Shown here piece by piece: positions 47,829 to 63,545 of a stretch of DNA of 64,000 bases. The notes below the pieces were generated by a model. The model was not told where the DNA came from, did not search any database, and saw only the letters and a list, made by a program, of their open reading frames with translations. The position numbers were made by a program, and so were the translations under genes. Positions within the stretch are counted from its first letter, which is position 1, and every line of letters starts with the position of its first letter. This DNA comes from the human T2T-CHM13v2.0 reference genome, Homo sapiens: NCBI RefSeq assembly GCF_009914755.1, contig NC_060943.1; one strand, 5' to 3'.

Positions 47829-48499
47829 CACTACACACTTTCCTTTAGTAATGCGTGTTAGAGACAGTTGGCTCTCAGCACTTTTCTTGCGTGCTAACTG
47901 TGCTCCCCAAAAGCAGAGCCCAGCTGCAAGCCGTGGGCATGCCCAGGTTCGGCTGGCGGTGGGTCTGTTGGTGCCTCCGCGTGCACACTCACTCTGAGCA
48001 TTTCTTGGGCCCTGGCTGCGTGGCAGGCCGCTGGCTGGGAGCCAGGGCAGGTCTAGGCCTGCCCTCAGGAATCCACAGGCCGGTGGGTGGGGAGAGTCAG
48101 ACAGTATCGGGCAGTCCTGTGGAGGGATGTATTCAGGCCTGCTCTCACAGGCCTTCCTTGACCCTCTCCCCATCACTCCCACTTTGTTTTTATTTGTGGC
48201 ACTTAAATAAAAAATAGGTCATGCATTTATATGCTTCAAAATCAATTCTATGTGGATGTGTGAGCAGTCTCTGTCCTCCACTCCTCTCCCTGCCCACCTT
48301 GTTCCTTCTCCCCTTACGTAATGATTTGTATTTTCCCTTGGGTATCCGTCTAAGGTATCATTATATCAATACAAGCAAATATGAATATATATTTTTGTCT
48401 TCTCCTTCCTTCGACAAAAGGTAGCCTACTCAGTACTCTGCTCTGCACTTTGCAAATGTTTACTGAACAGTATGCCCTGGAGATCCTCTTATTTTAGTG

Positions 48500-48760
48500 T
48501 TCTGGTGGAAACTGAAGGGTGGGTAGGAGTTAATAAGGCAAAAAAGAAAGGTGTATCTTAGGGTGGGGGAAGCATGAGGAAGAGCATTCTAGGCAGAGGG
48601 AACAGTGTGAACAGCATGCTTCCAGGTTCCGGGGAGCGTGGCTCCCTCCAGAGCAGGGGGAAGGCCTGGGAGGCTGAGGCCAGGGAGGAGGGGGCCCGTC
48701 GAGGCATGAAGGTTCAGCAAGGCCTGATGGTCAATGGAGGAACCGTGCCTTTAATTCTGA
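48500..48760 (-). mobile_element. L2 fragment
   Basis: agcattctaggcagagggaacag. Confidence 0.6.
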
Positions 48761-49233
48761 GCTCACCCGGGTGTGGGGTTCTGCTCTGTTTCCTTCCATG
48801 CCCTGATTTCTCTGTGGCCAAGTACACTTGGCCGTCATTCCATGTGACCAAGGAGAGGCCAAGAATGTCCTCGAGAGAGGGTTATTGGGGCTGGTTAATG
48901 ATGGAAGAATTTCTCCTGTGAGCTGCGCTCAAGAAGTGTGACCTGGTGTCTGGGAGGTTTCAGGCCTGTTCCTCCTGCCTCCTCAGTTCTTTCTAGTCAT
49001 GAGACACAGGACACATCCCATCAGTTCTCATCTTTTCAGTAGACACAGTCGTAGTGCCAAATACAGGCTTTGTTTGGAGGGTAATGCATACACCGTGCTC
49101 AGTTCCAAGTTGGCCACATAGTGAGTGCTCAAGATGTGATAGAGATGGCTTTGGTTCTTTTTATAGGGCTGGTTTGGGCTCATACTTTGTTAGTATAGCT
49201 CATGATTAAAGGTTTGGGGATTCTGTGAAGTGC

Positions 49234-49508
49234 CTTATGCCTGTAATCCCAGCATTTTGGGAGGCTGAAGCAGAAGGATTGCTTGAGACCAGGAGTTCAA
49301 GACCAGCCTGGAGAATACAGCAAGACTCCCACCTCTACAAAAAATGAGCCAGGTGGTGGCACGTGACTGTAGTCTCAGCTACTCAGGAGGCTGAAGTGGG
49401 AGGATCACTTGAACCCAGGAGGTCAAGGCTGCAGTGACCTATGCTTGTGCCACTGTACTCCAGTCTGGCGACAGAGGGAGACCCTGTCTCAAAAAAAAAA
49501 AAAAAAAA
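49234..49508 (+). mobile_element. AluJ, slightly 5'-truncated
   Basis: Dimer with A tail, followed by MIR core. Confidence 0.92.
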
Positions 49509-50489
49509 GAGTTTTGGTTTGATCACCTGAGTTCTAATACCTGCTCTGCCACTTCTTGTCCGTGTTGAGCAGGTTACTTAACCTCTCTGTACTTGATTTT
49601 TGTCACTTGCAAATGAAAGTGATAATACTTGCCTCTTGGTCCCATAGATGCCGGCAATTATTATTATTCCTATTATTTCACAGCCTCTGCTGTACAGTAT
49701 TGTCAGATGACGCAGTGCCAGTGGTAGCAGCGTCGCCATCATTTCAGCAGCAGTGCCCTTCGTTAGCTGTAACACCTCACCTTTTCTGCAGGACACCTTC
49801 CCGCAAATCCTTTCCTGTCAAAGGGTTAGGGTAGAGTTGCTCCGTGAGTATTTAGGAAAGGAGGCCCTGGAAGAGAGGATTGTCTCTTTAGTCCCTTTAT
49901 GAGTCATTGGCCATAGAAAGTTACATGACCACCCATAACTGCAGGGAAGGGTGAGAGATGGAGAATTTTCCTAATCGCCTCCCACACAGAATATAAATAT
50001 CACCACCACAGCTGTGTGCAGTACGTATTTGTGAGCACGTTAATCTATCTTGCCATCAGAGAGGCTGGCTCCAGCATCTTACGCATGTCCACATTGTGGT
50101 CAGTTTGCAAGAAGTCACCCGTGATATGTGGCAAAACAGCCGGACTCCCGACATAAAGTGCTGGAAGGAAGACTGTGAGGGACACAGTTGTAAAGGTTCT
50201 CGAATTGTATCTGTCTGATCAGAGAAACAATTTAATGTCCCAGATCAAAGTCGAGAGGCAGGCTCTGGGAACTGGGCTGTGAGCAGCCAGAGAAAGGCGG
50301 CAGAACCAGTTTCTTCAGGGCAGGTCTCTTTTATCTGCTTGTCTGATTGCCTAGTGGACACTCCATTGGCTCCCAGAGGCCTTCCTGGTCATCTCCTCCC
50401 TCTGGCTGGGTCCTTGATCTTTGCAGATGGCTGCGTCCCCTGGGGCCAGGGAGCACCTACTGTGTGCCTAGTGCTGGCCAAGGTACTGG

Positions 50490-50680
50490 AGATAATCATA
50501 GGTAATGTTCTTCCAGCGTTCACCATGTGCTTGGTGTTGCGGTTACTTGAGTGAACTCATGTAATCCTCGCAGTAGCCCTATGAGGTGGGACAGTGTTAG
50601 GTCCATTACAGACATGGAGACAAGCCCAGGGCTGCTATGTCACTTCCCCAAGGTCACAAAGCTAGTTAGGGGCAGCCTCT
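50490..50680 (-). mobile_element. MIR
   Basis: taatcctcgcagtagccctatgaggt...cccaaggtcaca. Confidence 0.7.
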
Positions 50681-51299
50681 ACCGTCTGGATCAAAGCCCG
50701 CCGTGTAAATGGCTCCAGCTTTTGCAGGCCACATGCACGTCTTCAGAGCTTTCTCCATAATGGACTCTTTTGGAAGACCCTGGCCTCCAAGGGCTGTATA
50801 GTGGCTTATGGCTCTCCCAGTTAATGGTGCTTATGAATGTGGCTGTGGAGGGAGAGAGGCTGGGGCTGGACAACCTGGGCTTTCCCGGTGTGACCTGTGG
50901 CAGCCAGAAAGAGGGACGGGGTCAAGCAGGGGCATCTTTGTCCACCCTTAGCTCCTCCTGGCTATTCAGGACCCACCTTACAGGTTCCTGTGGCCTCCCT
51001 GGGTTGTCTTCCTGGGGTCGAGGGTTCTCTGGCAGGCATACCATGGTGCCCTTGCCCCTCTACCCCGACATCCCAGCCAGGCCATGTTGAAATTGCCTTT
51101 TCATTTGTTAGTTGATCTATGCAAAATGTTGGGAGGGCAGGGGCCTTGCATCTACTTCCCTTGGCCCAATCCTGGCTGTGCAGTAGGTTTTAAAAACACG
51201 TCTGAACAAATGAATAAATAAATGACTCATGTGATGGAACTAACATCTAAACAGAACTTAACTTGCAGTATCTTCTGGGCAAATGCCACATCTGGGCTA

Positions 51300-51545
51300 G
51301 AGAGGCAGTGGAGGGTGGTGGTTGAAAGCCGACCCTGGAGCCACGTGCTGGGAGTTCAAATCCAGTTCTGTCGCTTACTTGCTGGGTGACCTCGGACAAG
51401 GGACTGCACCTCTCAGGACCTCAGTTTTCTCATCTGTTAAGTGGGATAATAGTAGGACCTGCCCCACGGAGCAGTTGTGAAGGTTACATGAGTTGAAATG
51501 TTAAAGCATCTGGCACAGGCACTGGCTTAAGAGTTAGCAGCTGCT
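51300..51545 (+). mobile_element. MIR, near full length
   Basis: gttcaaatcc...gtgacctcggacaag...cctcagttttctcatctgttaagtgggataatagta. Confidence 0.85.
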
Positions 51546-51690
51546 CCTAGGCACCGTGCAGTAGCGTTGACCATGAAGAGTAACCGAGTCTTAGCCTCAG
51601 GTATGCGGAGAGACCAGCTCAGTTCCAGGGGAGATGTTGTTCACCTTGTGAACCTAAGAAACAGTGGTTTCATCCAAAAAAGATTGCTCA

Positions 51691-51994
51691 GACCTGGCAT
51701 GGTGGCTCACACCTGTAATCCCAGCACTCTTGGGAGGCTGAAGTGGGTGGATTGCCTGAGCTTAGGAGTTCGAGACCATCCTGGGCAACATGGTGAAACC
51801 CCGTCTGTACAAAAAACACAAAAATTAGCTGGGCGTGGTGGCATGCATCTGAGGTCTCAGCTACTCAGGAGGCTGAGGTGGGAGGATAACTTGAGCCTGG
51901 GAAGCAGAGGTTGCAGTGAGCCAAGATCATACCACTGCCCTCCAGCCTGGGTGACTGAGCGAGACCCCATCTCAAAAAAAAAAAAAAAAAAAAA
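51691..51994 (+). mobile_element. Alu (old S/Jb)
   Basis: TSD aaaaaagattgctca. Confidence 0.95.
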
Positions 51995-52229
51995 GATTGC
52001 TCAGCACTGATGAGGAATTGTAACTGTAACCCTGATCAGTAAGCTTGCTTCATACAGGCATGATTCGAGTGGAGATTTTTGGAGTTGCACGAAACTATGT
52101 GTTCTTTGTGGGAGAAGTTGGGAGAAAGACCCAGCCCGGCTGAATCTCCTGAGAACAATGAGGCACTTTTTGCAGATGCGCTGTCCTTCCAGTCTCAGGG
52201 AGCGCTGTGTGAGCCCTGCGCAGGGCGGG

Positions 52230-52790
52230 GCAGCGAGGCGGTTAAGGGCTGGATTCCATCCTTACTAATGTGTGACCTTGGGCAAGTAACACCAAGCACA
52301 GTCAAAGAGAAAATTAGTAAATGAAATTCACTCTGAGTATAGAATAGAGATAAAATACATAGAAGTAACAAAACGGGTGGAGTGAGAAGAAGCATACATC
52401 TAGTAGGATTTCCAGAAATAAAGCTAGAAGGAGTGGTGGGGAGGCAATATTAGAACTAATGCTAAAAATGTGCCATAATTGAAGACTTGCATCTCAGTGC
52501 TGAAAGCTCACAACGAGTGCCAAGCAGAGACTGGATAAAAAGAAATCCCCCAGATAGATTATTGTGAGGCTGCGAAACATTAAGGAAAGAGAGAAAACCT
52601 TGGAAACTAGCAGACTAGGCTAGGGCAAGTAACAAACCATCTCTAAGCCTCGGTATTCATTTCTGCAAAGTGAGGAAAAGAACTAGTTACTATGTGACCA
52701 GCTTACTAATGAGCTTGGAACTAGTAAAGATCTTTTTGCATAGGTCCTGACACATAGCAAGTGTGCATTAAATGTTAGCTGCGTTACTGT
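52230..52790 (+). mobile_element. MIR split by an L1-like fragment
   Basis: tgtgtgaccttgggcaagt ... ctctaagcctcggt ... cctgacacatagcaagtg...taaatgttagc. Confidence 0.7.
52292..52622 (+). mobile_element. Degenerate L1/HAL1 ORF1-like internal fragment
   Basis: atacatctagtaggatttccagaa, gaggcaatatt, tgaaagctcacaacgagtgccaagc, aaagagagaaaacctt resemble the ORF1 central region. Confidence 0.55.
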
Positions 52791-53159
52791 TGGTGTCATA
52801 AACGTTAATGACAACAGTAGTGATTGTTCTGTAGGCTGCTGTGGAATATGGCTGGTACTCCACAGATGCCTCTCATGCAGGCAACTCTGTAGCAAACTAG
52901 AGCATGTCCTTGTGGTGATCCCTGAAGAAGAGAATAGTCATTTCATGAACGTGACTGGAAGTCAAGATTTGTGGATTCCTTCAACAAATATTTCTGGGGC
53001 CTCTTGTCTGTGCTAAACACTGTTTCAAGGCCCAGGTATGCAGCAGAGAAGACAGACCTAGTCCTTGCTGTCCTGGAGTACAAGGTCTGGTGGAGGAGAC
53101 AGACTAGAAATAAACAGTATTTATCAGAAGTGATTGGTAGTGCTATTAAGACGTTCAAT

Positions 53160-53550
53160 TATTGTAGCATTTTGGGAGGCCAAGGCAGGAGGATCAGTTG
53201 AGGCCAGTTTGAGACCAGCCTGGGCGACAGAGCAAGATTCTATCTCTTAAAAAAATTGTTTTTTTCTTTTTTTTTTTTTTTGAGTGTGGGTCTCTCTCTG
53301 GTTGCCCAGGCTGGAGTGCAGTGGTGCAATCTTGGCTCACTGCAGCCTCAACCTCTCTAGCTCAAGCAATCCTCCCACCTCAGCCTCCTGATTGAGACTA
53401 GAGTCATGTGCCACCATGCCCAGCCAATTTTACGAAGAAAATTGTTTTAGTCAAGTGTGATGGCACATGCCTCTAGTTCCAGCTACCGGGGAGGCTGAGA
53501 CAGGAGGATCACTTGAAGCCAGGAGTTCAAAACCAGCCTAGACAATAGAG
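53160..53550 (+). mobile_element. Fragmented AluJ/FLAM pieces
   Basis: Left piece 53160-53255, right piece 53449-53550. Confidence 0.8.
53263..53428 (-). mobile_element. AluJ right arm, inverted within the previous element
   Basis: aaaattgtttt on both flanks. Confidence 0.85.
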
Positions 53551-54224
53551 AGAGAGAAAGAAAAGAAAGGAAAGGAAGGAAAGAAACTAAACCAGGATAA
53601 GGTGAAGTGAGTGGTAGTGGTGGGAGGGGTGTCTTAGAGGGATGAGGAAGGGGTCTGTCCGAGGAGGTGACATTTAATCTGAGACTTGAAAGATGAAAAG
53701 GAGCCAGTCATGCACACAGGTGGGTGAACAAGGGTGAGAATGTGTTGGGAGGGATTTGTAGTTTGTTCCCCAAAGCCTCCATTTGCTTCCATCCTAGGGG
53801 TGTTTGGAGAGGATGGCTGTGGGGAGCTGACTTTGGCGTCTAGGAAGAGAGGTGGTGGGCCCAGAGGCCGGGCCCCTCCCTGGCTCCTCCCAGCCTTCCC
53901 AGGGCCCTTACCCAGGGATGCGGGGCCACAGGGAAGAGACCCTTCGCCCCTTGGGTGGACTCCCTGACTTCCCAGCCAAGAATGTGGTTGTCCTTTTTGT
54001 TCCAAAGGTGACCCAGCTGCGCCGTCATGCGAGCAAAGCGGTGGCGCTTTGTGCCTGAAGCCCACTTTCTCCTTCCCCAGATAGATCAGCTCAAAGCTGT
54101 CTGCCCTAGAGAAGCTCCAGAAAGCAGCCAAGCCAGACTGGGCATGCTGCTTGGGGCTGTGGGGGAATTAACCATCTCTTTTCTTTGTGTCAAAGGTGGG
54201 GAAGGTATTAAAGCAACAGGGCTT

Positions 54225-54400
54225 CCTGGATAGAGCCACAGTTAGGAGCCCAGATTCAGGGCTTAAACTCCGGCTTCCCCACTTACACCTTGGGCAAATG
54301 CCTTCCATGTGCCTCACCTTAGCTTTCCCATCTGTAGAATGGGACAGTAATTCCTGTGCTTAGAAAAGTGCACACAGGATGTGCTACATAAGTGTTATCA
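54225..54400 (+). mobile_element. MIR
   Basis: accttgggcaaatg...ccatctgtagaatggg. Confidence 0.6.
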
Positions 54401-54887
54401 CCTTCCAATTTTAACTCGAGGTGAGATGGCTTTCTCTTTCCTCTAGTTTCTTGTCAACAGTTAAGACACTTGCATTCGACTTCTCTTTCTCCACACCAGC
54501 CCGGTTCTTGCCCAGGAGCTTGGCGTCTGGCAGTCAGCCAGGCTTCAGGTGCCAAAAGCAGCCCCTTTGCTGGGGAAAAGCAGGTTATTTGATGCCAGGA
54601 AGCTGAGAATTGTCAGGATGTTTGTCGCCAGCGTTGGGGGCCTGTGTGGTGCCTCCACAAAAGGGACTGCTCTTGCTTGCCAGGGAGAGAAGACTGCTTC
54701 CTCCAGGGCAGCTTCTTCTTTTCTTAACCCTGGCTGCACGAACCCTATTAGAATCAGGTGGGCACTGTTTACAACGTGCCCGTGCCTGCCTTCCCCTTTC
54801 CCCTCTTCCTGTGTAAAGGGCCTGAGGCCTAGGTGTGGAGACTTTTTTTTCTTAGCTGCCTGATGTGCCTTCAGGGACACTCTCTGA

Positions 54888-55378
<491 letters not shown>

Positions 55379-55487
55379 GTCTGCTTTTCAGATGTGTAGA
55401 ATCTGGGACACGCACTTTGAATCCTTAGCTGCATTTTTCCCAGACCCCTTGGTGATTGACTACCCATTAGGATTTGGGAGCCTAGAC

Positions 55488-55703
55488 CAGGGTTTGTGAA
55501 CCCTGACGCTGTTGACCTTTGGGGCTAGATCACTCTTTGATGTCAGAATTGTCCTGTGCATATTATGGGCTGTTCAGCAGCATCCCTGGCCTCTACCCAC
55601 TAGATGCCAGTAACAGCACCCCCCAGCGGGGATCATCAAAAGTGTCTCCAAATGTCCCCTGGAATAGAGGTGGGGCAGTGTTGTCCCTAGTTGGTTACCA
55701 GCG
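55488..55703 (+). mobile_element. MER20 (hAT-Charlie)
   Basis: tgtcctgtgca...gcagcatccctggcctctacccactagatgccagta. Confidence 0.9.
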
Positions 55704-56304
55704 GCCTTGCACCCTCTAATTTCACCATGCCTGGGACCCCCTAGGCCAGCTGGTCACTCACATCGATGCTCAGGTCCCACAGTAGCAGTCATGGCCACTT
55801 TAGTTTGGGGCAGGCCCCAGTGGGGATACAAGCTCTTGGTGCATCTCCCGTCTGCTGCACTTTGACAGCCACTGTCCCGGCGCCTTTACTGCTCAGTAAA
55901 TGGTGGGTGTGGCTGGACTAGCAAGTGGGGAAAGGATAATAAACGGAGCTTGGTATTTGTGTTGGGAGAGTGGGAATCAGAATGAAGTCACCATAAAGTC
56001 CCTTTTAATAACAGTAGAGAAGATTCTAGGCTTGGTGGTATTATCTCCTTTGGAAATTGTCCCAAATTCTCTCTCTATTCTCCCCTCCTCCTACAGTCCC
56101 CCTGCTGGTCCTGTCTGTCCTTGGCTCCCACTGGCCTAAGGCAGCAGTCTCTCATTATCCTGCTGGCTCCTGCCCTACCTCTCCTGGTCTGTCCTCTGCA
56201 CTCAGCCAGGTGGGGCCTGTGAACACCTGAGGTCACGGCCCTCCCCTGCTCAGAACCTCCCATGGGATCTGGAGTACCAGCATCTCACTCAAGAGAAAAG
56301 TCAA

Positions 56305-56838
<534 letters not shown>

Positions 56839-57280
56839 TCACCTCTCTGCCTTGTCCTCTGCTTCCTGCCCCATTGCTCTTTGACCCTTTCCCTGCTCCT
56901 AGAACGCACCAGGCACGTTCGCTCTCCAGGATCTCTGCGCGGGCCGTCCTCCCTCCCACTCCACACAGTCCTCTGGCTGCTCCTGCGAAGCTTCCCTTAG
57001 GTTTCTCTGCTCAGAAGTCACCCTCCCAGCGAGGCCTTCTTTACAAGCCTGACCTCCAAACAAAAACAGATTCCTCTCCCCTTCTCATGCAATATAAGCC
57101 CTGTTAGAGCTGGGGCCTTGTCTGCTTTCCTGTGGTTTCCCCAGCACGGTGCCTGCCGTGTAGGAGGTGTTGGCTGTGTGATTGAGGAGGGAATGAGTGA
57201 ACTGCTGCTTAAGTGCTTCTTTGTGCCTGGCCTTGTGCATCCTCCCACGGAACCTTCCTAACTCTGTGGGGCAGCTCCTG

Positions 57281-57600
57281 TTTTTTGTTTGTTTGTTTGC
57301 TTTTAAAGACAAGATATTGCTCTGTCACCCAGGCTGGAGTGCAGTAGCACAGTCATAGCTCACTGCAACATCCATTTGCTGAACTCAAACCATCCTCCCA
57401 CCTCAGCCTCCTGAGTAGCTGAGACTACAGGTGTGCGCCATCACTCCTGGCTAATTTTTAAAAAATATTTAGTAGAGACGGGGATCTCACTGTGTTGCCC
57501 AGGCTGGTCTTGAACTCCTGGCCTCAAGCAGTCCTCATGTCTTAGACTCCCAAAGCCCTGGGATTACAGGCATAATCTCAGTGTACCACTGCACCCAGCT
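57281..57600 (-). mobile_element. AluJ
   Basis: Full antisense dimer. Confidence 0.92.
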
Positions 57601-57686
57601 ATGCAGCACCTATCTTGAGCTCCATTTTACAAATGAAGACATGGAGGTTCTGATTAAGTCACTGCCCAAGGTCTCCCTCTGAATAG

Positions 57687-58008
<322 letters not shown>

Positions 58009-58849
58009 TGAGCCGGGCCATTGGAGAGTAGAGGATTTGGGGTTCCCTGCTGTGCTTGTTGACGTAGACCCCTCCACCTGACCTTTTGTTTGGCCCTCAT
58101 GCATATTTAGGGTTTCACCTGGTGGAGTGGGGGAGGGGAGGCTCCTTCTCTGGCGTTTCCTCTGTGAAATTCTGGAGTGGGGTCAGCTCCTGTTTCTGCC
58201 CTACGGCCGCATGCCTCTTCTGGTTGCTCAACCACCCTGGAAGAATTCCCAGGTCATTTTATACCCACATCTTGATTTTTGTAACTGGGTGGACCAGATC
58301 ACCAGCTACCTGGGGGTAGGGACAGAGGCATCTTTTTGGGTCTCTTTTAGGCCTGGCAAGGTGGTGGGTGTTCTTGTTAAAAGATCTAAAAACCTCCATT
58401 CATTCCTATGTATCTTTTTGGGGCCTCTTGCATGTTGGGCACTACCTTGAGCCTATGGGAGGAAAGCAGCCAGTGAGACAGGCGGGGTCGTGGGGTGAAT
58501 ACCTGTGGAACTTTGGCGGAAGCCAGGTCCGATGGGATCTGGAGTACCAGCTTTGACTTCAGAGCGCTCTCTTCTGGCTGGGCATGGAGACAAGGAATAG
58601 ATACAGCAATAGCCACATAACTGCAGGTGGACGATGAGTACAGCTCTTGCTCAGCTAGTCAGCCCACAGCGAGAACCCCGCCCCAGTCTGGGCTAACGTG
58701 TCCTCTGCTGCCAGCAGCCCAGTAGGGTTCTTTGCTGGAGTCTGGTTTTTCCTTGACTTGTAGCTGGCAAGTGCTTACACGCTCTCAGAGGCCCAGCAGA
58801 CATCTCTGTCCACTCAAGGGGCATGTGTGTGTTTAATTGGACCACTGGT

Positions 58850-59415
<566 letters not shown>

Positions 59416-59919
59416 GTGGACGTATCAGATGGCTGGACAGGGCCAAACCGGCTGATCTCTCTGGGGATGGGAGGAAGGCCCTGCCAGCATGGAAAGGAGC
59501 AGACATTCCCATTCCTGGTGCTCTGGGAAGAACTACCTCCCCACATCCCCAGAGCAAAGGCCATGGAGGAAAACCTGAAGGCAGGAAGAAAGCTATATGG
59601 CTGGTCAGCTGCTGTCACCCTGGAAAGCCCTGGGCTGGCTTATGTACCCCACCTGCATGTGAGTTCAGTGGGCCCATTGTGCAGACAGCTTGGCAGGGAC
59701 CGTGCAGAGTCACTGTTCCCGGGAATGCAGCAGCTGAGCTCTCTGCCCTGGAGTTCCGGAGGCTCCTTTCACTCAAGACAGCCCTGTGACGGTGATCTGT
59801 TGCACAGATGACCCTCCACCTGATGCTTTGGAGCTGGAGACAGATTTCTCTTGGGGGCTTGCTAGGACCGGGGTGGGGTTTGGGGCATTTGGAGTTGGGT
59901 GTGAGGCTGTGGAGCCTTG

Positions 59920-60380
59920 CAGCTGATGGCTTGGAGTCACACTGCAGGCAGCTGGGTTCGGGCCCCACCCTGCACTAGCTGCATGACCTGGGGCAGGTAC
60001 TTCACCTCCTTCCTCAGGCTCTTCATTTTTCAAATACCTGCCTCGTTGACTTTGGGCTGGAGGGAGGGATAAAGGATGATAATTCACTGAGGTCATCTTA
60101 TGCAGAGTGTTCAGTCCACAGACAGGCATCCTCGTGGGAGGCAGTGTCACCACGTGGCTAGAGGCAGGGCCTGGGGAACCACCACTTCCAGCTCCAGGGC
60201 TTTAGGCAAGTGGCTTTAGCCTCCATTGGGCTGCATTTCCTCCTTCTACAGCAAGGGCCAGAGCAGTCCCAACCTCTTAAGGCTGCGGGGTTCACTGAGT
60301 GAGTAGGTACCTGGGGAGTATTTAGCACAGGCCCTGGCACTCAAGGTAAGTAAGCCCCATGGCATGAGCTGTCATGATCA
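59920..60380 (+). mobile_element. Two diverged MIR fragments
   Basis: tagctgcatgacctggggcaggtacttcacc; tttagcacaggccctggcac. Confidence 0.5.
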
Positions 60381-60414
60381 TAATGCACAATTAAGAATGT
60401 CAGCTTGAGGCCTA

Positions 60415-60771
<357 letters not shown>

Positions 60772-61159
60772 CTAGAAAACTCCAAGTTGGTCAGCTACTC
60801 CCCTTTGGCCTTGAAAAGTGGTGACATGAGGCTCCATGTGGTTTTTGTGGGCCTGTTTTCCTCCTTTCAGAGGAGAGTGGCCTTTCTGGACTGAAGAACA
60901 TGAGCTAAATGGGGACAGCAAGGAATCTGGGAGTGGAGGTCCTCCAGGGCTTTGGGAGGCTCCATTCAGGTCGCCTACGTGCTGGCTCTGTGGTCAGTTG
61001 TGCAGGGCGAGTGTGAGTGCGGGAAGTCAGCAGACCTGGGTCCCTGGTGCTCCCAGCTGCGTGACCCCGGCAGGATCCTCAGACTCGCTGGGTCAGTGTC
61101 AGGCACGGTGCTAAGCACAGAGGTGGTACCCAGTCACCGTTGGTTGTTCTGAGGACAGC

Positions 61160-61640
<481 letters not shown>

Positions 61641-61857
61641 TAAACCATCCTAGAAAGCATCATAAGTGGAAAGTGTAAATCGCAGATACGTTCAGGGGAA
61701 CAGATCCCTAACGGGGGAATCTGTGGAGAGCTCCTCCTCTGGAGGGCTTGTTCAGAGCTAGCATTCGAGCCTTTGTGTTTCCAGAACGTACCTGAAAAAG
61801 AGTGTGAGGGAGGGGCCAGGAGCGTGTCGACCAGGTGTGATGTTGTCTTGCCACGGG

Positions 61858-62473
<616 letters not shown>

Positions 62474-62769
62474 GTGCTAGGAGAAAGGGGTCAGGGCTGG
62501 GCTGTGAAGTTGTTTTTCAGCGGTGGAAAGGCTGAAGCTCCCTCAGGAGGTTGCTGAGCTGTTCGGCCCCCTTTGCCTCTCTCCTCCTTGGCTCTTGAAA
62601 ACCACTGAAGGTCTGAGCACAGCCACTCTAGAGTGGAGCAGCCGCCCTGGCTGCTGTAGTTTCCCACATTAGAGGTGGTGGGATGGATGAGGAAATATAC
62701 CAAGTGTTTATCGCTAGCGCCTTCTCTTCCTGCAGTGGGATGTGAGAGCTGTGGAATGGCCTTGAGCAG

Positions 62770-63545
62770 CTACCTGTGATAGTGGTAATAATCTTTAACC
62801 AATGTGAGTGAGTGCCAAGCACTTCCCATGCTTGATGGCATTGAACCCTCCCTCTACCATGTGATCTTTCGATCTGTCAGTTGGGACACACTGGGCTGCA
62901 GGTAACAAGATGTCTGGTGACTCCTGGCTGAGCAGTAGAGACGCCCCATTGCAAACATCCTGGAGGAGACAAGCTCCATGGCTGGTGCAGAGGTGCTCAC
63001 CTGGAACTCCAGGCACTTATGTTTCTGTGTTCAACCCTCTGTGTGCAGGCGTTTCGTTCGTGCTGGTGGGGTTGGTCATTGTGTGGTCATGGGATGGCTG
63101 CCCCAGCCTGAGGATCAGATCCTCAGACACGGCATCCTGAGCTAGGAGGAGAGGAGTAGGGGAAAGGTTTCCTCTTCACGTGCCTTTCCGTTTGAAAGAG
63201 AATATGTTCTTATAAATACCCCTCCTCCCAGCAGACCTCTCTTTACATTCCATTGGCCATAAAGGAGCCAGGGGCCGGCCCTAGCTGCAAGGGAGGCTGG
63301 GGCAGCACATGTCTGTACCGTGAGAGACAGCAAGAGACAGGGGATGGCAGTGGCATCCGCTAGACAACCAAGTGTCTGCTGTGGGTGGGTGCTATTACCA
63401 CCCTTGCTATAGATGAGAGAAATCAAGGATCAGAGAGGTGAGAGAATGGCTTGCTTGGCATCTCATACAGCGTGGAGGGACAGAGCAGGGATCTGAAGCC
63501 ATGTATTCCCACAGAGCCTGCAGTTTTAACCCCTGTGCAGTGCTA
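62770..63545 (-). mobile_element. MIR split by an LTR
   Basis: Halves at 62770-62870 and 63385-63545 (tatagatgagagaaatcaaggatcagagaggtga). Confidence 0.55.
62875..63382 (-). mobile_element. Old MaLR LTR (MLT1I/J/L-like)
   Basis: tgtcagttgggacacactgggctgcaggtaaca; cattggcc...ccctagctgcaagggaggctggg. Confidence 0.65.

Larger units (their letters stand above)
52975..53730 (-). mobile_element. L2 split by an Alu cluster
   Basis: ttcaacaaatattt; gaggaggtgacatttaatctgagacttgaa. Confidence 0.75.

Noticed and set aside
52170-52200. REST/NRSE site
   Set aside because: Only the right half-site is present.
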